From Flectonema sp. DT1601 (Eukaryota): 64,000 bases of DNA. Below, in pieces: positions 11,784-22,025 of this stretch. Below the pieces are notes generated by a model. The model saw only the letters and a list, made by a program, of their open reading frames with translations, made no database searches and was not told the DNA's origin. A program made the translations under genes and the position numbers. Numbering within the stretch: position 1 is the stretch's first letter; every line of letters starts with the position of its first letter. The DNA is taken from the NCBI GenBank assembly GCA_964019425.1, contig OZ025794.1, positions 992,001-1,056,000 of the forward strand. The letters run 5' to 3'.

Positions 11784-13649
11784 CTAAGAACGTAATTTCC
11801 GCATCATGATTAGAGCAAACTCGTCTTGAGTGATACGACCGTCTTTGTTAACATCAAATGATTTAAAAAGTTTGTCAGCACCTCCATCTTCAACACCGAA
11901 TGTTTCCAGTTGAGTGTAGGCTGCTTTAAACTCTCGAACACTTATGTCGCCGCTGCCGTCTTTATCGAGCGCTTCAAATGCTGTTTTGAGCCTCGTCTCA
12001 ACAGTACCATCATTAGTTCCTGCGGTATTCATAAATTGTTTTAAAGCCTCAACAGCTTCTGAGTTTCCATCATCTCTCTCTGTCACAGAGAAGTTGGAAT
12101 GGGTTGCCGCAAATCTAAAGAAAAAAGCACCAGTTTGACCAGCCTTGTGCGTTGTCGGTACAATCCAATATTTACCTGCTTCCATATCCTTCCACTCTCC
12201 ATGGGTTGTGGTTATCACAGATTTGATTACGCGATTGCCAGCTGATTTATCGAATGCAGACTCGTCAGGACATTTAAGAACATTAATTCCAAAGTACGGG
12301 GCCTTCTCAGTACTGAAACGGCTATCAGGTGGCTTCAGTTCAAAGAAACACTTAGATGGCTCATCAAGAATCAGTAGATAGCGAGGGTTCTTGTCAGCAC
12401 TTCTACTTCCAATATGACCTCCTGAATTAGATTCCGTAAACATTCCTTTAAACCCTTGACTTTGATATCCTCTACATATATCATGACAGAGGTAACATGA
12501 TTCGTAGTAGTAGAGGACTGTGTCCCAAAGAATCCAGAAGCTGCCGTCGTTCTTTTTGTCAAACCCTCTGTCTGTTATTAATTCTTTTTTGATGTCGGGG
12601 TGTTCATCCCAAGAGGAGTGCCCATCGCTGTATTCGCCTTTCCATTCTGTGTTTCCCCATGGGTTGCGTAATCTCAGAAACTTTTGTCCTCCAGAGACTA
12701 CCGCGTCCAGTATAGAGTATTCGTGATAAGAAATGATTCCCATCTTTTCCTTTTCTGCTTCGTTTTCGTCTCCGCAGCTGACTGAACCGCAGCCTTTCAT
12801 TTCAAGACATTCATCAATGAGAGTAAACAGTTCATCTGTTGGAATGTCAGTTTTTGCGAATGCCGTATATTTTGCATACCCTCCACTAAAGTCTGAATAC
12901 ACAACTCCAGGACCTGCTTCTCTATCACCTTCTTCAGCTTGATATCCTCCATCGAGGTGCTGATACCCACCATGAAGTTTTGCCATCGCTTTTTCTAAAA
13001 GCATTACCCAAAGCTCACCTTTTTCAGTGCTGCTGCTGAAGGATGGTCGCTGACCCAAACAAGGGATGTGATCATCAACAATGACCCATCTATCTCTGTT
13101 GTTTATTGTAACTCTGATTGAATAAACACCAAATGGATTAAACACTGAAGGATATATCCTTGACGCTAAGTCTTGAGTACTTGATAAAGATGAGATAGCA
13201 GACATAAACCAACAGTTCCCTAATTGACCTTGTTGAACATCATTAGGATCCATACCACCAGTCATCAGATGGGGCTCCCAATAAATGTCAGGACAACGTG
13301 TCCATGAGTCTGTTTTTAATGACAGCCCTTCTTGAAATACTCCTGACGGTCCTGTTAGAGATCTTTCTGAAGGAGGAAATTCCGGATCTGTAAATCTAAC
13401 TTTCCCCTTCGCACACTTTTCAATAATTACGTCTGTTAGGTCTTCGTTGTGAATTCCTTCTTTCCAAACTTCTTTTTTCATTATTTCATTCCAATCTTTA
13501 GCCTTTGAGTTATCTAAAGCATCACAGGCCCTTTTATTATTCTGTTTTAACTTACCAGTTGCTAGAATAGTTGTGGTTGATTGATCTACTTTCGGAATCG
13601 AAGAATATTCTTCCATCAGTTTCTTACTCTTGGCACATGAGTTAGGCAT
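11784..13649 (-). CDS. Calpain-family cysteine protease (CysPc + domain III + EF-hand pair)
   Basis: FTDPEFPP; catalytic Cys in QGQLGNCWF; His in YHEYS; Asn in RNPWG; EF hands DKDGSGDISVRE and DVNKDGRITQDE. Confidence 0.95.
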   Translation of the reverse strand: MPNSCAKSKKLMEEYSSIPKVDQSTTTILATGKLKQNNKRACDALDNSKAKDWNEIMKKEVWKEGIHNEDLTDVIIEKCAKGKVRFTDPEFPPSERSLTGPSGVFQEGLSLKTDSWTRCPDIYWEPHLMTGGMDPNDVQQGQLGNCWFMSAISSLSSTQDLASRIYPSVFNPFGVYSIRVTINNRDRWVIVDDHIPCLGQRPSFSSSTEKGELWVMLLEKAMAKLHGGYQHLDGGYQAEEGDREAGPGVVYSDFSGGYAKYTAFAKTDIPTDELFTLIDECLEMKGCGSVSCGDENEAEKEKMGIISYHEYSILDAVVSGGQKFLRLRNPWGNTEWKGEYSDGHSSWDEHPDIKKELITDRGFDKKNDGSFWILWDTVLYYYESCYLCHDICRGYQSQGFKGMFTESNSGGHIGSRSADKNPRYLLILDEPSKCFFELKPPDSRFSTEKAPYFGINVLKCPDESAFDKSAGNRVIKSVITTTHGEWKDMEAGKYWIVPTTHKAGQTGAFFFRFAATHSNFSVTERDDGNSEAVEALKQFMNTAGTNDGTVETRLKTAFEALDKDGSGDISVREFKAAYTQLETFGVEDGGADKLFKSFDVNKDGRITQDEFALIMMRKLRS

Positions 13650-14319
13650 GTTAGTTTATTTTTTTTTTTTTTTTTTTTTTTTGTGTGAAAACGAAACTGA
13701 CAAGTTTTCTGAAAGAAAAGAAAAATAAATATCTAAAATGGGTTTCTCATCTGTTACATAACCAATCCAAGGAATGGCTGGCTTCTCATGAAATCCTCTG
13801 CAACTAATTATAAGCAGCGCGGAGGATTCTATGAGACTCAAGGGAAGGTACAGCTGTCCTGAAAACAGGAGAGACGAAAAGGAAACACCGCGTTCAGCTC
13901 AAAAAGTCTTTTCAAGAGAGACACGAAAAGACTTTCTAAAGCGAGAATAAGAAATAATACTCAAGAGTGAATCAACCTTTAGAATGAAAAAGGCTACTAA
14001 CTTCTCTCATTCACTAAAAGTACAAGAAGGCAAATACGTTTTTTTTTTGTTTTTTTTCCTCACAAAGATTGCACGTGAAAAGGAACTCACTATACAGTTC
14101 GTGCGCTATCTCATATGGAAATACTCTTAACAAGGACAATAAGGATAGCAGAGAATTACAGCCGCAAAAACCCTGCCGAAAATAAAAAACCAATCTGGCT
14201 AAAATGCGAAAAGGTTCGCTGAGAAAAGTATCAAGTTTATATTATAGTAAACAGGTCAATATTAGTATGTTGAAGTTTTGGAAAAGAAAAAGGGAAGGAA
14301 AGAAATGAAAACCTACCGC

Positions 14320-15981
14320 TCAAAAATCACTCTCACTTGTATCCTCATCATAAAGAGTGGCTACATATTGCCTAAAAGAATCAAAATCAACATTGTCAGG
14401 TGATTTGTAATATCCTTTATTTGAAAAAGTCTCATTCAACTTATGCAATATAGGATATGAATACCGTCTTTGTAGCTCGAGTTCTGACTTTACATGAGCA
14501 GTGGTATTGTGAATCAAATCGCTATCGCTACAAGGGAATACTTTAAAAGGAGAGAACCCAACAGCGTCAACAGTAAGGTGTTGAATAGGAGACCACAATC
14601 GTATGATTCTAACATCACCAAGGGCTGATAATCCAAAGACGATGTCCCTCACGTATCGTTGGGTGGGAGATGGCTCGGAAAAGGTACCATCAGACTCCTT
14701 TTCGAGTTTTAAGTGATTCGTTACCGACTTTAATAATTCAGACATGCTTACGGACATATAATCACTTGTTAAAAGACTTGTTATTGAGTGGCTCGTCATT
14801 GATATTTCATTCTCTAATTCTAACAATTCACTCTCAGATAATCCATGATTACTATTCCTAACACACGATCTGATTATATCGATCACTTGAGTTGATACAG
14901 TTGATGCGACTCGTTCAATGTCTCTGGTCTCAAGGTTTATTTTAGCATCTTTTATAGAACAGATTCGTTCACCTAATTTGGCGTATCTTGATTCCAGAAA
15001 CCGATTTCCTATTATTTTGCTTAATAACATCATAGATAACGAATGAATTGTTTTCATGAATGACGGAGACATTACTCCTTTGCTGTTAATTCTAAGACCC
15101 GACTTGAACAATTCCAAAATAGCTGTGTTGTTAGTGTAGCTGTCTTTTAGAAAATCACCAATGTTGACTCCGAATTCAATGTTGGATTGACTGTTTGATG
15201 TGAGGCTGTTGTTATGACCCTCATAGAGTGACTTCCCTACAAGTGATTCTATAAGAGACGATGAGGGTGTTGGTTTGGGGTAGTCGTCATCTGATTGCGA
15301 TGATGTTTTATTCGATCTGTCCATCGCTATTATTATCTTTAATTCCACACCATCCTTCTTATAATCAGCATCAAGAAATACTTTCATTTTCAAATTGCTA
15401 ATAATACTCATGTCTTGCAATTTATTCTGCGTGCTTAGTATTTCATTGAGGGAGTTTTTCACTTTTTTTATTCTCTTATCGTCATTCAACGCTTCTGGTG
15501 AGTATTCGATAAAACTCAAGAAAAGAGAAACTACATCTTCACTATTGTAATGTTTTTTGTAATCGGGAAAGTGTTCATCCAAAGCAGCTTTAAAAACGGA
15601 GATCTGGTCAGCAGAGTAGATGCTTTTAATTTTCAATTGCGTTCTGGGAATATCAACCTCACCGAGTTTAATGTTGACTTCTGAAGTAATGTTTTTATTT
15701 ATTCCTGCGACAGCAGCAGCTTCAGTCAGTCTTTTTGAATCTGTTGATGGTTTGTGTTGTGGTTTAATTACTTTGTCAGAGATACTATTATCAAGATTAT
15801 CTCCTTCTTGGATGGTTTTTTCTCTGATTTCAATTAGTAGATTCCTGATTCCCTCCTCAAGATCAGCTTCTTTGTTTTGGAGAGATGTCAAACTTTCAAC
15901 TTTTCGTGGACTAGCTTTGCTGACAACATTCACTGAGGCTTTCGCCTTCGCTTTTGGAGGTTCAGACTGGCAGTTGCCCAT
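14320..15981 (-). CDS. Hypothetical protein with N-terminal dual-acylation motif (MGNC)
   Basis: 553-aa ORF with Gly2, Cys4 and Ser6, followed by a basic patch and a short coiled coil. Confidence 0.8.
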   Translation of the reverse strand: MGNCQSEPPKAKAKASVNVVSKASPRKVESLTSLQNKEADLEEGIRNLLIEIREKTIQEGDNLDNSISDKVIKPQHKPSTDSKRLTEAAAVAGINKNITSEVNIKLGEVDIPRTQLKIKSIYSADQISVFKAALDEHFPDYKKHYNSEDVVSLFLSFIEYSPEALNDDKRIKKVKNSLNEILSTQNKLQDMSIISNLKMKVFLDADYKKDGVELKIIIAMDRSNKTSSQSDDDYPKPTPSSSLIESLVGKSLYEGHNNSLTSNSQSNIEFGVNIGDFLKDSYTNNTAILELFKSGLRINSKGVMSPSFMKTIHSLSMMLLSKIIGNRFLESRYAKLGERICSIKDAKINLETRDIERVASTVSTQVIDIIRSCVRNSNHGLSESELLELENEISMTSHSITSLLTSDYMSVSMSELLKSVTNHLKLEKESDGTFSEPSPTQRYVRDIVFGLSALGDVRIIRLWSPIQHLTVDAVGFSPFKVFPCSDSDLIHNTTAHVKSELELQRRYSYPILHKLNETFSNKGYYKSPDNVDFDSFRQYVATLYDEDTSESDF

Positions 15982-16677
15982 TTTATTATAAATTGCTTTT
16001 TTTTAAAATGATGAAACTTAAGCAATAATCTTTATACGATACCTTACAACGGGAAAACGCCTTAGCTGTTACTGCTAGGGTTATTTATCAATTTTAACTC
16101 CCGTTTCTTATGTATTTTGGAGAAAGTACAATAGACTTACTAAAACACACCGAATCTAAGGCTCGGGGGGTTCAGCAGATTGGCCCAGATGAGTGACCCG
16201 TCCAGGGGATCACCCGGGGAAGGGTCTATTAATACTTAACCTGATTTTTAAAAAAAAACAAGAAAAAAAAAAACAATAAACTTCAGCAGAAAGTACTAAA
16301 GTATTAACAGAACAAAATACGCACAAATAGAATACAAATCTGAAATTAAACCTTGCGATGGATAAATAAGGAAGTCCATTACATTGCGTATTGTGCATCA
16401 CTAATACTACAGAGCAACGAGACAACGTAAGTAGACCCAATCGGTTCAGCTATAGTATAGCTGAACAGACCCCTTAGAAAAGAACTTTATTTCATAATAA
16501 ATAACAATACACAATCAAGGCAAGACATTGCTTTCTCTTTTTTCGGAAAGGCCACTGCCCTCCAAGTTACCCAATACAAAGTTTCCATGTTACTCAACAG
16601 TATGAATAGTCATAGGGTTTACCGAGATGCTTATCTCTGTCAAAAATTAAACAACAGGAGGTAACTTGATACTATGA

Positions 16678-16808
16678 TTAAATATAAAGCAACTTGAAAC
16701 TGGCTAAAACGAATATAGGGTTCAGCCTAACCTGGTTGCAATGAAGAGAGACCAACAGTTGGTATCGATAAAATCCCATATGTGATATCGAATATGGGGA
16801 TTCGGGGG
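16678..16808 (+). repeat. Dispersed repeat family E, copy 1
   Basis: Matches 56693-56806 (tataaagcaacttga...gcctaacctggttgcaatgaagagagac...aaaatcccatatgtg...gaatatggggattcggggg). Confidence 0.9.
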
Positions 16809-16856
16809 CACGTACTACAGGTTGAGCGCTCCATGCCCTGTAGACCGTTACAGCTT

Positions 16857-16953
16857 GGGGGTGAAACTTTGACAATGCAAAAACAGTAACAACTTTAGGT
16901 ATTAAAAACATAATTAATATCAAAGTACTTGACTGAAAAAGATATTTGTAGTT
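16857..16953 (+). repeat. Dispersed repeat family A core (degenerate MITE-like copy)
   Basis: gggggtgaaactt...aacagtaacaactttagg...actgaaaaagatatttgtagtt is shared with 27047-27128, 30361-30465 and pieces at 59369-59647. Confidence 0.85.
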
Positions 16954-17292
16954 ATTTTTTTTTTTTTTTTTTCGAACAATAGTGTACCAAAAAAAAAGGA
17001 TAGGAAAACGTACGGTACTGAGGCTCGTTTTAATATTGTCCTGCAAAGCAAAACGAAATCCAACTAAACCTTTCTAAAATTTAAAAAAAAAAAAAACACC
17101 TGCACTCACTCATTTATCGGAAGTTGATATTTTTGTGACGAAAATAATTATAAAAAATCAAAATTCGACGAGGGGCACATAAAATGATTCAAAGATCCAT
17201 TTCAGTAGGCTAGCAGTAAAAGTGATAATAATAATAGCAAAAAAAAAAAAAAAAAAAAAAAAGAGGAATGACTACCAGGGATCTTTAAAGGT

Positions 17293-19122
17293 TCAGAATG
17301 ATGCTAACGACATCGCTCTACTTGGTGAGTCTGGACAATCGAAACCAAACTTTGGTGTTGAAGTCATCAAAGGATGTGATGTGGAAGTAATAGTTGGAAT
17401 TCCTTCTAGTTCAATTAGATTATGAATACCAGCAATCTGTACTGAAGAGACGAGAGGTTCTCGAGATACCTCACCATTACTATTTGAGTAATAACGACGT
17501 CGACAGACCACAACGATAACAATTATAATTACGACAGCTGCAAGACCAATAAATAAAAATAAAAAAATACTTACACCACCACCACTTGAATTGACAACTA
17601 CCGGAATCAATGTCGGAACTGGTGAGGACGGTACGTCAGTACTGCCTACTGTTGGTATATTAGTGAAGATTGGTTGGTTTGTCCAGGGGTATAAACTTAT
17701 TACTTTCGTTGGCAACCAGCGCTGCTGATTTTGATCAGAAAATTCGATCAAAATGCGGTCTTTTGCCACTAAAATAATCATACCAACCCCACCAACATAA
17801 CTGTCATTAAATTGAAGACCGGAAGCCAACATCTGCTCTCTCACAAAGTCAACATCAGGAGATATGAATGCGACTCCTTTTTCATGTGGAACCTGTGTCT
17901 CAGGTATGTTTGTTTCTGGTACCGTAGTGTTAATTACTAAGGGAGGTATAGCAGTAAATGGACAGTTGATTGTAGGATTCCCAACTTCCATAATTGTCAT
18001 GTCACTTTTACACAAACAATCGAAGTCACCTAAATAAGTTACATTACGGTCAATACAGTAATCATTATCACCACAAGACGAATTATTTAGACAGTCGTTT
18101 CCTGACTCGGTTAGTAGAGCGTCGCAGTCTTCATGAGAACTACCGATTAATGATCCCGCGTTATTATCACAAGAACAGATATAGTCATTTAATGAAACGA
18201 ATCTTATATCAGGATCAATACAATATTGATTCACATAACAAGGACTTGGTTCACATTCATTAACAAATATCGTACTACACGTCAGTACGGGCGCACCAAC
18301 TTTTTTAATACTATCGTCTGATGCACAGGAACATATAAAATCACCTGTTGATGCTGATGTAGTGTTCGGATCTATGCAAACCTGTCCCTGGTGACAAGGA
18401 CCGGGTTTTAAACATTCGTCTATAACACATGACGGGATAGGTTTTCCAATTAAATAGTGATTTGAATTGTTGCAGGTACAGATAAAGTCTTCTGAAGATT
18501 CAAGAAGAGTATTTTGATCAAAACAAGATTGGTTTACTCCACAAGGTGAAGACTCACATTCATCAAAATATTGGACACAAGCACATTGACCTTTTATTCC
18601 ATCAGCATCACCACATTCAGGTGATGTTATGTCACAACTACAATCAGTGTTGTCACAATAACGAGCTTTACAGAACCATTCAAAAGGATCTGTCGACTGT
18701 TGGGAATCATCTGATCTGTCAATCGATAGAATACTTCCATTTGAAGCATTCAGAAATGTACTAAACCCGTGTGGTTGATTTAGTAGTTCGTTAGTAACAT
18801 ACAATACGCATGTTGTTGAAGATGAGTTGGATTCGACTCGCACTCCTATGCAATTTTGTATTATACTACAAGTGTATTCACACTGTCCTTGATTTAACGT
18901 TGTTAACTTTCTATCAGAGACGTACCTGTCGGGGATGCCTCCATTAGCTCCAACGCATTCTCCATAACCGACGTCTTTAAAACTGAGGTAGCATACTACT
19001 CCATCCCATTGACACTTGTCATCCTCCAAACAGGTTTCATTTGACTGCTTGTGACATCTTTGACTCCAGCAAGACGCTAATAAAAGCGATGCGATTGTCA
19101 GTCTTGTAATCAATGAAGCCAT
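17293..19122 (-). CDS. Cys-rich surface protein with EGF-like repeats, P/T linker and TM helix
   Basis: Signal peptide; four to five DEC..PC...Q.C.DP/N...DF.C.C repeats; TM VSIFLFLFIGLAAVVIIIVIVVVC followed by RRR. Confidence 0.9.
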   Translation of the reverse strand: MASLITRLTIASLLLASCWSQRCHKQSNETCLEDDKCQWDGVVCYLSFKDVGYGECVGANGGIPDRYVSDRKLTTLNQGQCEYTCSIIQNCIGVRVESNSSSTTCVLYVTNELLNQPHGFSTFLNASNGSILSIDRSDDSQQSTDPFEWFCKARYCDNTDCSCDITSPECGDADGIKGQCACVQYFDECESSPCGVNQSCFDQNTLLESSEDFICTCNNSNHYLIGKPIPSCVIDECLKPGPCHQGQVCIDPNTTSASTGDFICSCASDDSIKKVGAPVLTCSTIFVNECEPSPCYVNQYCIDPDIRFVSLNDYICSCDNNAGSLIGSSHEDCDALLTESGNDCLNNSSCGDNDYCIDRNVTYLGDFDCLCKSDMTIMEVGNPTINCPFTAIPPLVINTTVPETNIPETQVPHEKGVAFISPDVDFVREQMLASGLQFNDSYVGGVGMIILVAKDRILIEFSDQNQQRWLPTKVISLYPWTNQPIFTNIPTVGSTDVPSSPVPTLIPVVVNSSGGGVSIFLFLFIGLAAVVIIIVIVVVCRRRYYSNSNGEVSREPLVSSVQIAGIHNLIELEGIPTITSTSHPLMTSTPKFGFDCPDSPSRAMSLASF

Positions 19123-19403
19123 ACATTCTATTGTTTTCTTGTGACTGGAAGAAAAAATATTTAGTAACCTCTCTCAAGTGATGCCTCAAAAACATTAATT
19201 TTCCATTCGACGTAAATTGTCTTGATTTGCGTAATAAGAACAATGTCCAAATAGATAGGAAAAAGTAATAATAAAAAGGGAACAATCCAGAGTGGATTGT
19301 TTAAAAAGGGATGAAGTTATAATTTCGTAAAAGATGTATCTCAAACAATTGTAAGATTCACATGGTCATAAAGCGTTCGTTTCGTGAATAATACAATTAT
19401 TCA

Positions 19404-19601
19404 AATCCTTGACGTAGCGGCGGAATCGAAATCACAAACGCTACTGGATCTTTAGTGATGAAGAATCTTTTTAACACGTATTCCACATCTTTGATGGCAC
19501 TGGGATAACCTCTGAGCTGTGGCGGAATTGAATCACAACACACAACGCCAACATTCAAAGGAGTGTTTAATCTACTGTAAATAAAATAATCAGGTTTTCG
19601 G

Positions 19602-19635
<34 letters not shown>

Positions 19636-19940
19636 GGATAAAAAAAATTAATAAACCCATCATACTTACATCATTATATACGGATTGTGTTATGGAGGGA
19701 TAGATGGCTACGAGTGTCACAGAACATAAGTCGCCAAAGATTACACGTCTTAATATTAAAACTTTTTAAAGATTATTATTCACATCACCAATCCGATGCG
19801 AAGTGGCGGAGTAAACATCGCAAACACCTACGCATGGTGATAATCATACTAAGAAACAATTAAAGAGATAGAATTGAAAGATCCAAAACCCAAATTAGAT
19901 GCGTAGTGGCGGAGTAAACATCACAAACACTCACGAAGAT
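19404..19940. other. Four diverged stem-loops with a conserved GCGGA-N-ATCRC-AA(A) apical motif
   Basis: GCGGA at 19420, 19522, 19806 and 19909, closed by gtagcg/cgctac, tgtg/caca, gtg/cac (extended by atgcg/cgcat) and agtg/cact. Confidence 0.7.
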
Positions 19941-20830
19941 TCAAGTTGAAGAATACCATCAACAAAAGATGGCAAGAAGTTAATTATAATATAATCAGCT
20001 GAAAGCCTGTTAGAGTGTTTGTAATAATACAGAAGAAGTTAGTCTTAGCGAGGAATTAGATAGAGATAGTTAATTAATATAAATCGTAGGGAAATTAAAT
20101 AAATAATGATTTTGGTTTTCGGGGCTAAAAAAAACCTGAAAAACCGTTATTCAGACCAAACTCCTTACCCAACCGCATTAGCGAAGGTAAGGACACTGCA
20201 GTATCAGACTTGTAACACTCATAGCGTTTGTCCACCCTTCTCAGCAAAAAGACCACGTCAACATGGTTAGTTGCGTATTTCCTTGCTGTCAGTGAGGAGG
20301 TGTAGACTGCGCATGTACCGTCGTAGTCATTATTATTTTCTTTCAAAAAGGTTTTTCTAAGTATCGATCGTGAAAACAGTATTCCCGATGTCCAGATATC
20401 CGTCAAAGTTGTCAATCTGTCTCTGATGGAATTAACAGCAGGAGATAAGGGCTACAATGTCACTCAGCTCTTTGTAGTAATTACTTAACAAGAGATACTC
20501 TCGCAGGGGACTTCACGAAGTCAATCCAATTTTTTAAAAAAAAACCAAAAAAAAAAAAAAAAACATATAAATCAAGTCAAAATTATTTTTACTGATATAT
20601 ATGCATAATACAAATAAAACACACGTAGTCTTTTTTCCGTTGTCTGCACGTTGCGAGGCAGTGTAAACGCACTACTTTATGTTATCACATGTAGGATGGG
20701 AATAAAATACGTGAACTTTACGAGTTCTACAACAACCTAACACTAAATACGAATCGCAATACATTACGATCCGCAAAGACATAACCGAGGAACATACTGA
20801 ATGTGTCAAGAATGAAATCAAAGACGTTGG

Positions 20831-22025
20831 GAATTCCCACGACATCATTTAAACTGAGACGAGTTGGGACGAGAGCGGAATGATCGCAAATCTCGCCAGA
20901 CCGAACTAAAATCTCAAAAAGAGAAGAAAAAAGGTTAGACAAATAGATGAAGAGCCCGTTGGTTGCAAACCACCTTGAATCAAGAGCAGAATCTCATAGT
21001 AAAGAATTCCCACGACATTGTCATGTGCACCGAGACGAGTTGGGACGAGAGCGGAATGATCGCAAATCTCGCCAGACCGAACTAAAATCTAAAGGAAGAA
21101 AAAAAGGTTAGATAAATAGATGAAGAAGTCCGTTGGTTGCAAACTACTTTGAATCAAGAGCAGAATCTCAACTACCCAGAAACACGAAGCAGAGCAGTTT
21201 ATACACAACCAAGATAAGTGGGATGAGACAAACGTGTAAAGTACAAATCAAACATAGTAAAGAATTCCCACGACATTGTCATGTACCCCGAGACGAGTTG
21301 GGACGAGAGCGGAATGATCGCAAATCTCGCCAGACCGAACTGAAATCTCGAAAAAGAATTCAAAAAAAAAAAGAATTGGCTATATCTTCAACTATACAGA
21401 AAATAATAATATAACATCTGCGATTTTTTGTTTGTGCACGAATCCCGTGAAGGAGGTTTACGTGTGTTGCCAACATTCTTTTTCGTTCTTACAATACTTG
21501 TTAAATGCAAAAAGAAAATAATAAAAAAAACTAGTTCCCTGACCATACATCACGGAACATGAGTATTGGAATAATCCAGAGAGCAAATAATCACACAAAC
21601 TTCGACAACTTTATAATGATTGAGAAAAAGATGTTCTACAGAAGTCGATTGTATTGAAAATTTCAATAATTGAAAAGGACGTGAGTCAGCTCTCAGCCCA
21701 CAGCAAAAGTATAAAAGACGAGTTGGGACGAGAGCGGAATGATCGCAAATCTCGCCAGACCGAACTAAAATCTCTAAAAGAAGAAAAAAAGGTTAGATAA
21801 ATAGATGAAGAAGCCCGTTGGTTGCAAACTACTTTGAATCAAGAGCAGAATCTCAACTACCCAGAAACACGAAGCAGAGCAGTTTATACACAACCAAGAT
21901 AAGTGGGATGAGACAAACGTGTAAAGTACAAATCAAACATAGTAAAGAATTCCCACGACATTGTCATGTACCCCGAGACGAGTTGGGACGAGAGCGGAAT
22001 GATCGCAAATCTCGCCAGACTGAAC
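20831..22025. repeat. Local repeat array with five copies of a ~60-nt hairpin; includes a ~310-bp direct duplication (21033-21348 vs 21716-22025)
   Basis: agacgagttgggacgagagcggaatgatcgcaaatctcgccagac occurs five times, with GCGGA at 20875, 21051, 21309, 21734 and 21994. Confidence 0.95.
21430..21517 (+). repeat. Dispersed repeat family D, copy 1
   Basis: aaggaggtttacg.gtgt.gccaa.attctttttcgttcttacaatact.g.taaatgcaaaaagaa also occurs at 59535-59601. Confidence 0.9.

Noticed and set aside
20125..20415. 96-aa minus-strand ORF
   Set aside because: Non-ATG start and no recognisable motif; cannot be distinguished from chance.
19404..22025. CRISPR array or hammerhead/H-ACA assignment for the hairpin cluster
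   Set aside because: No cas genes, a eukaryotic context and duplicated linkers. No CUGANGA/GAAA core, and an ACA/AGA box is not consistently placed across copies.
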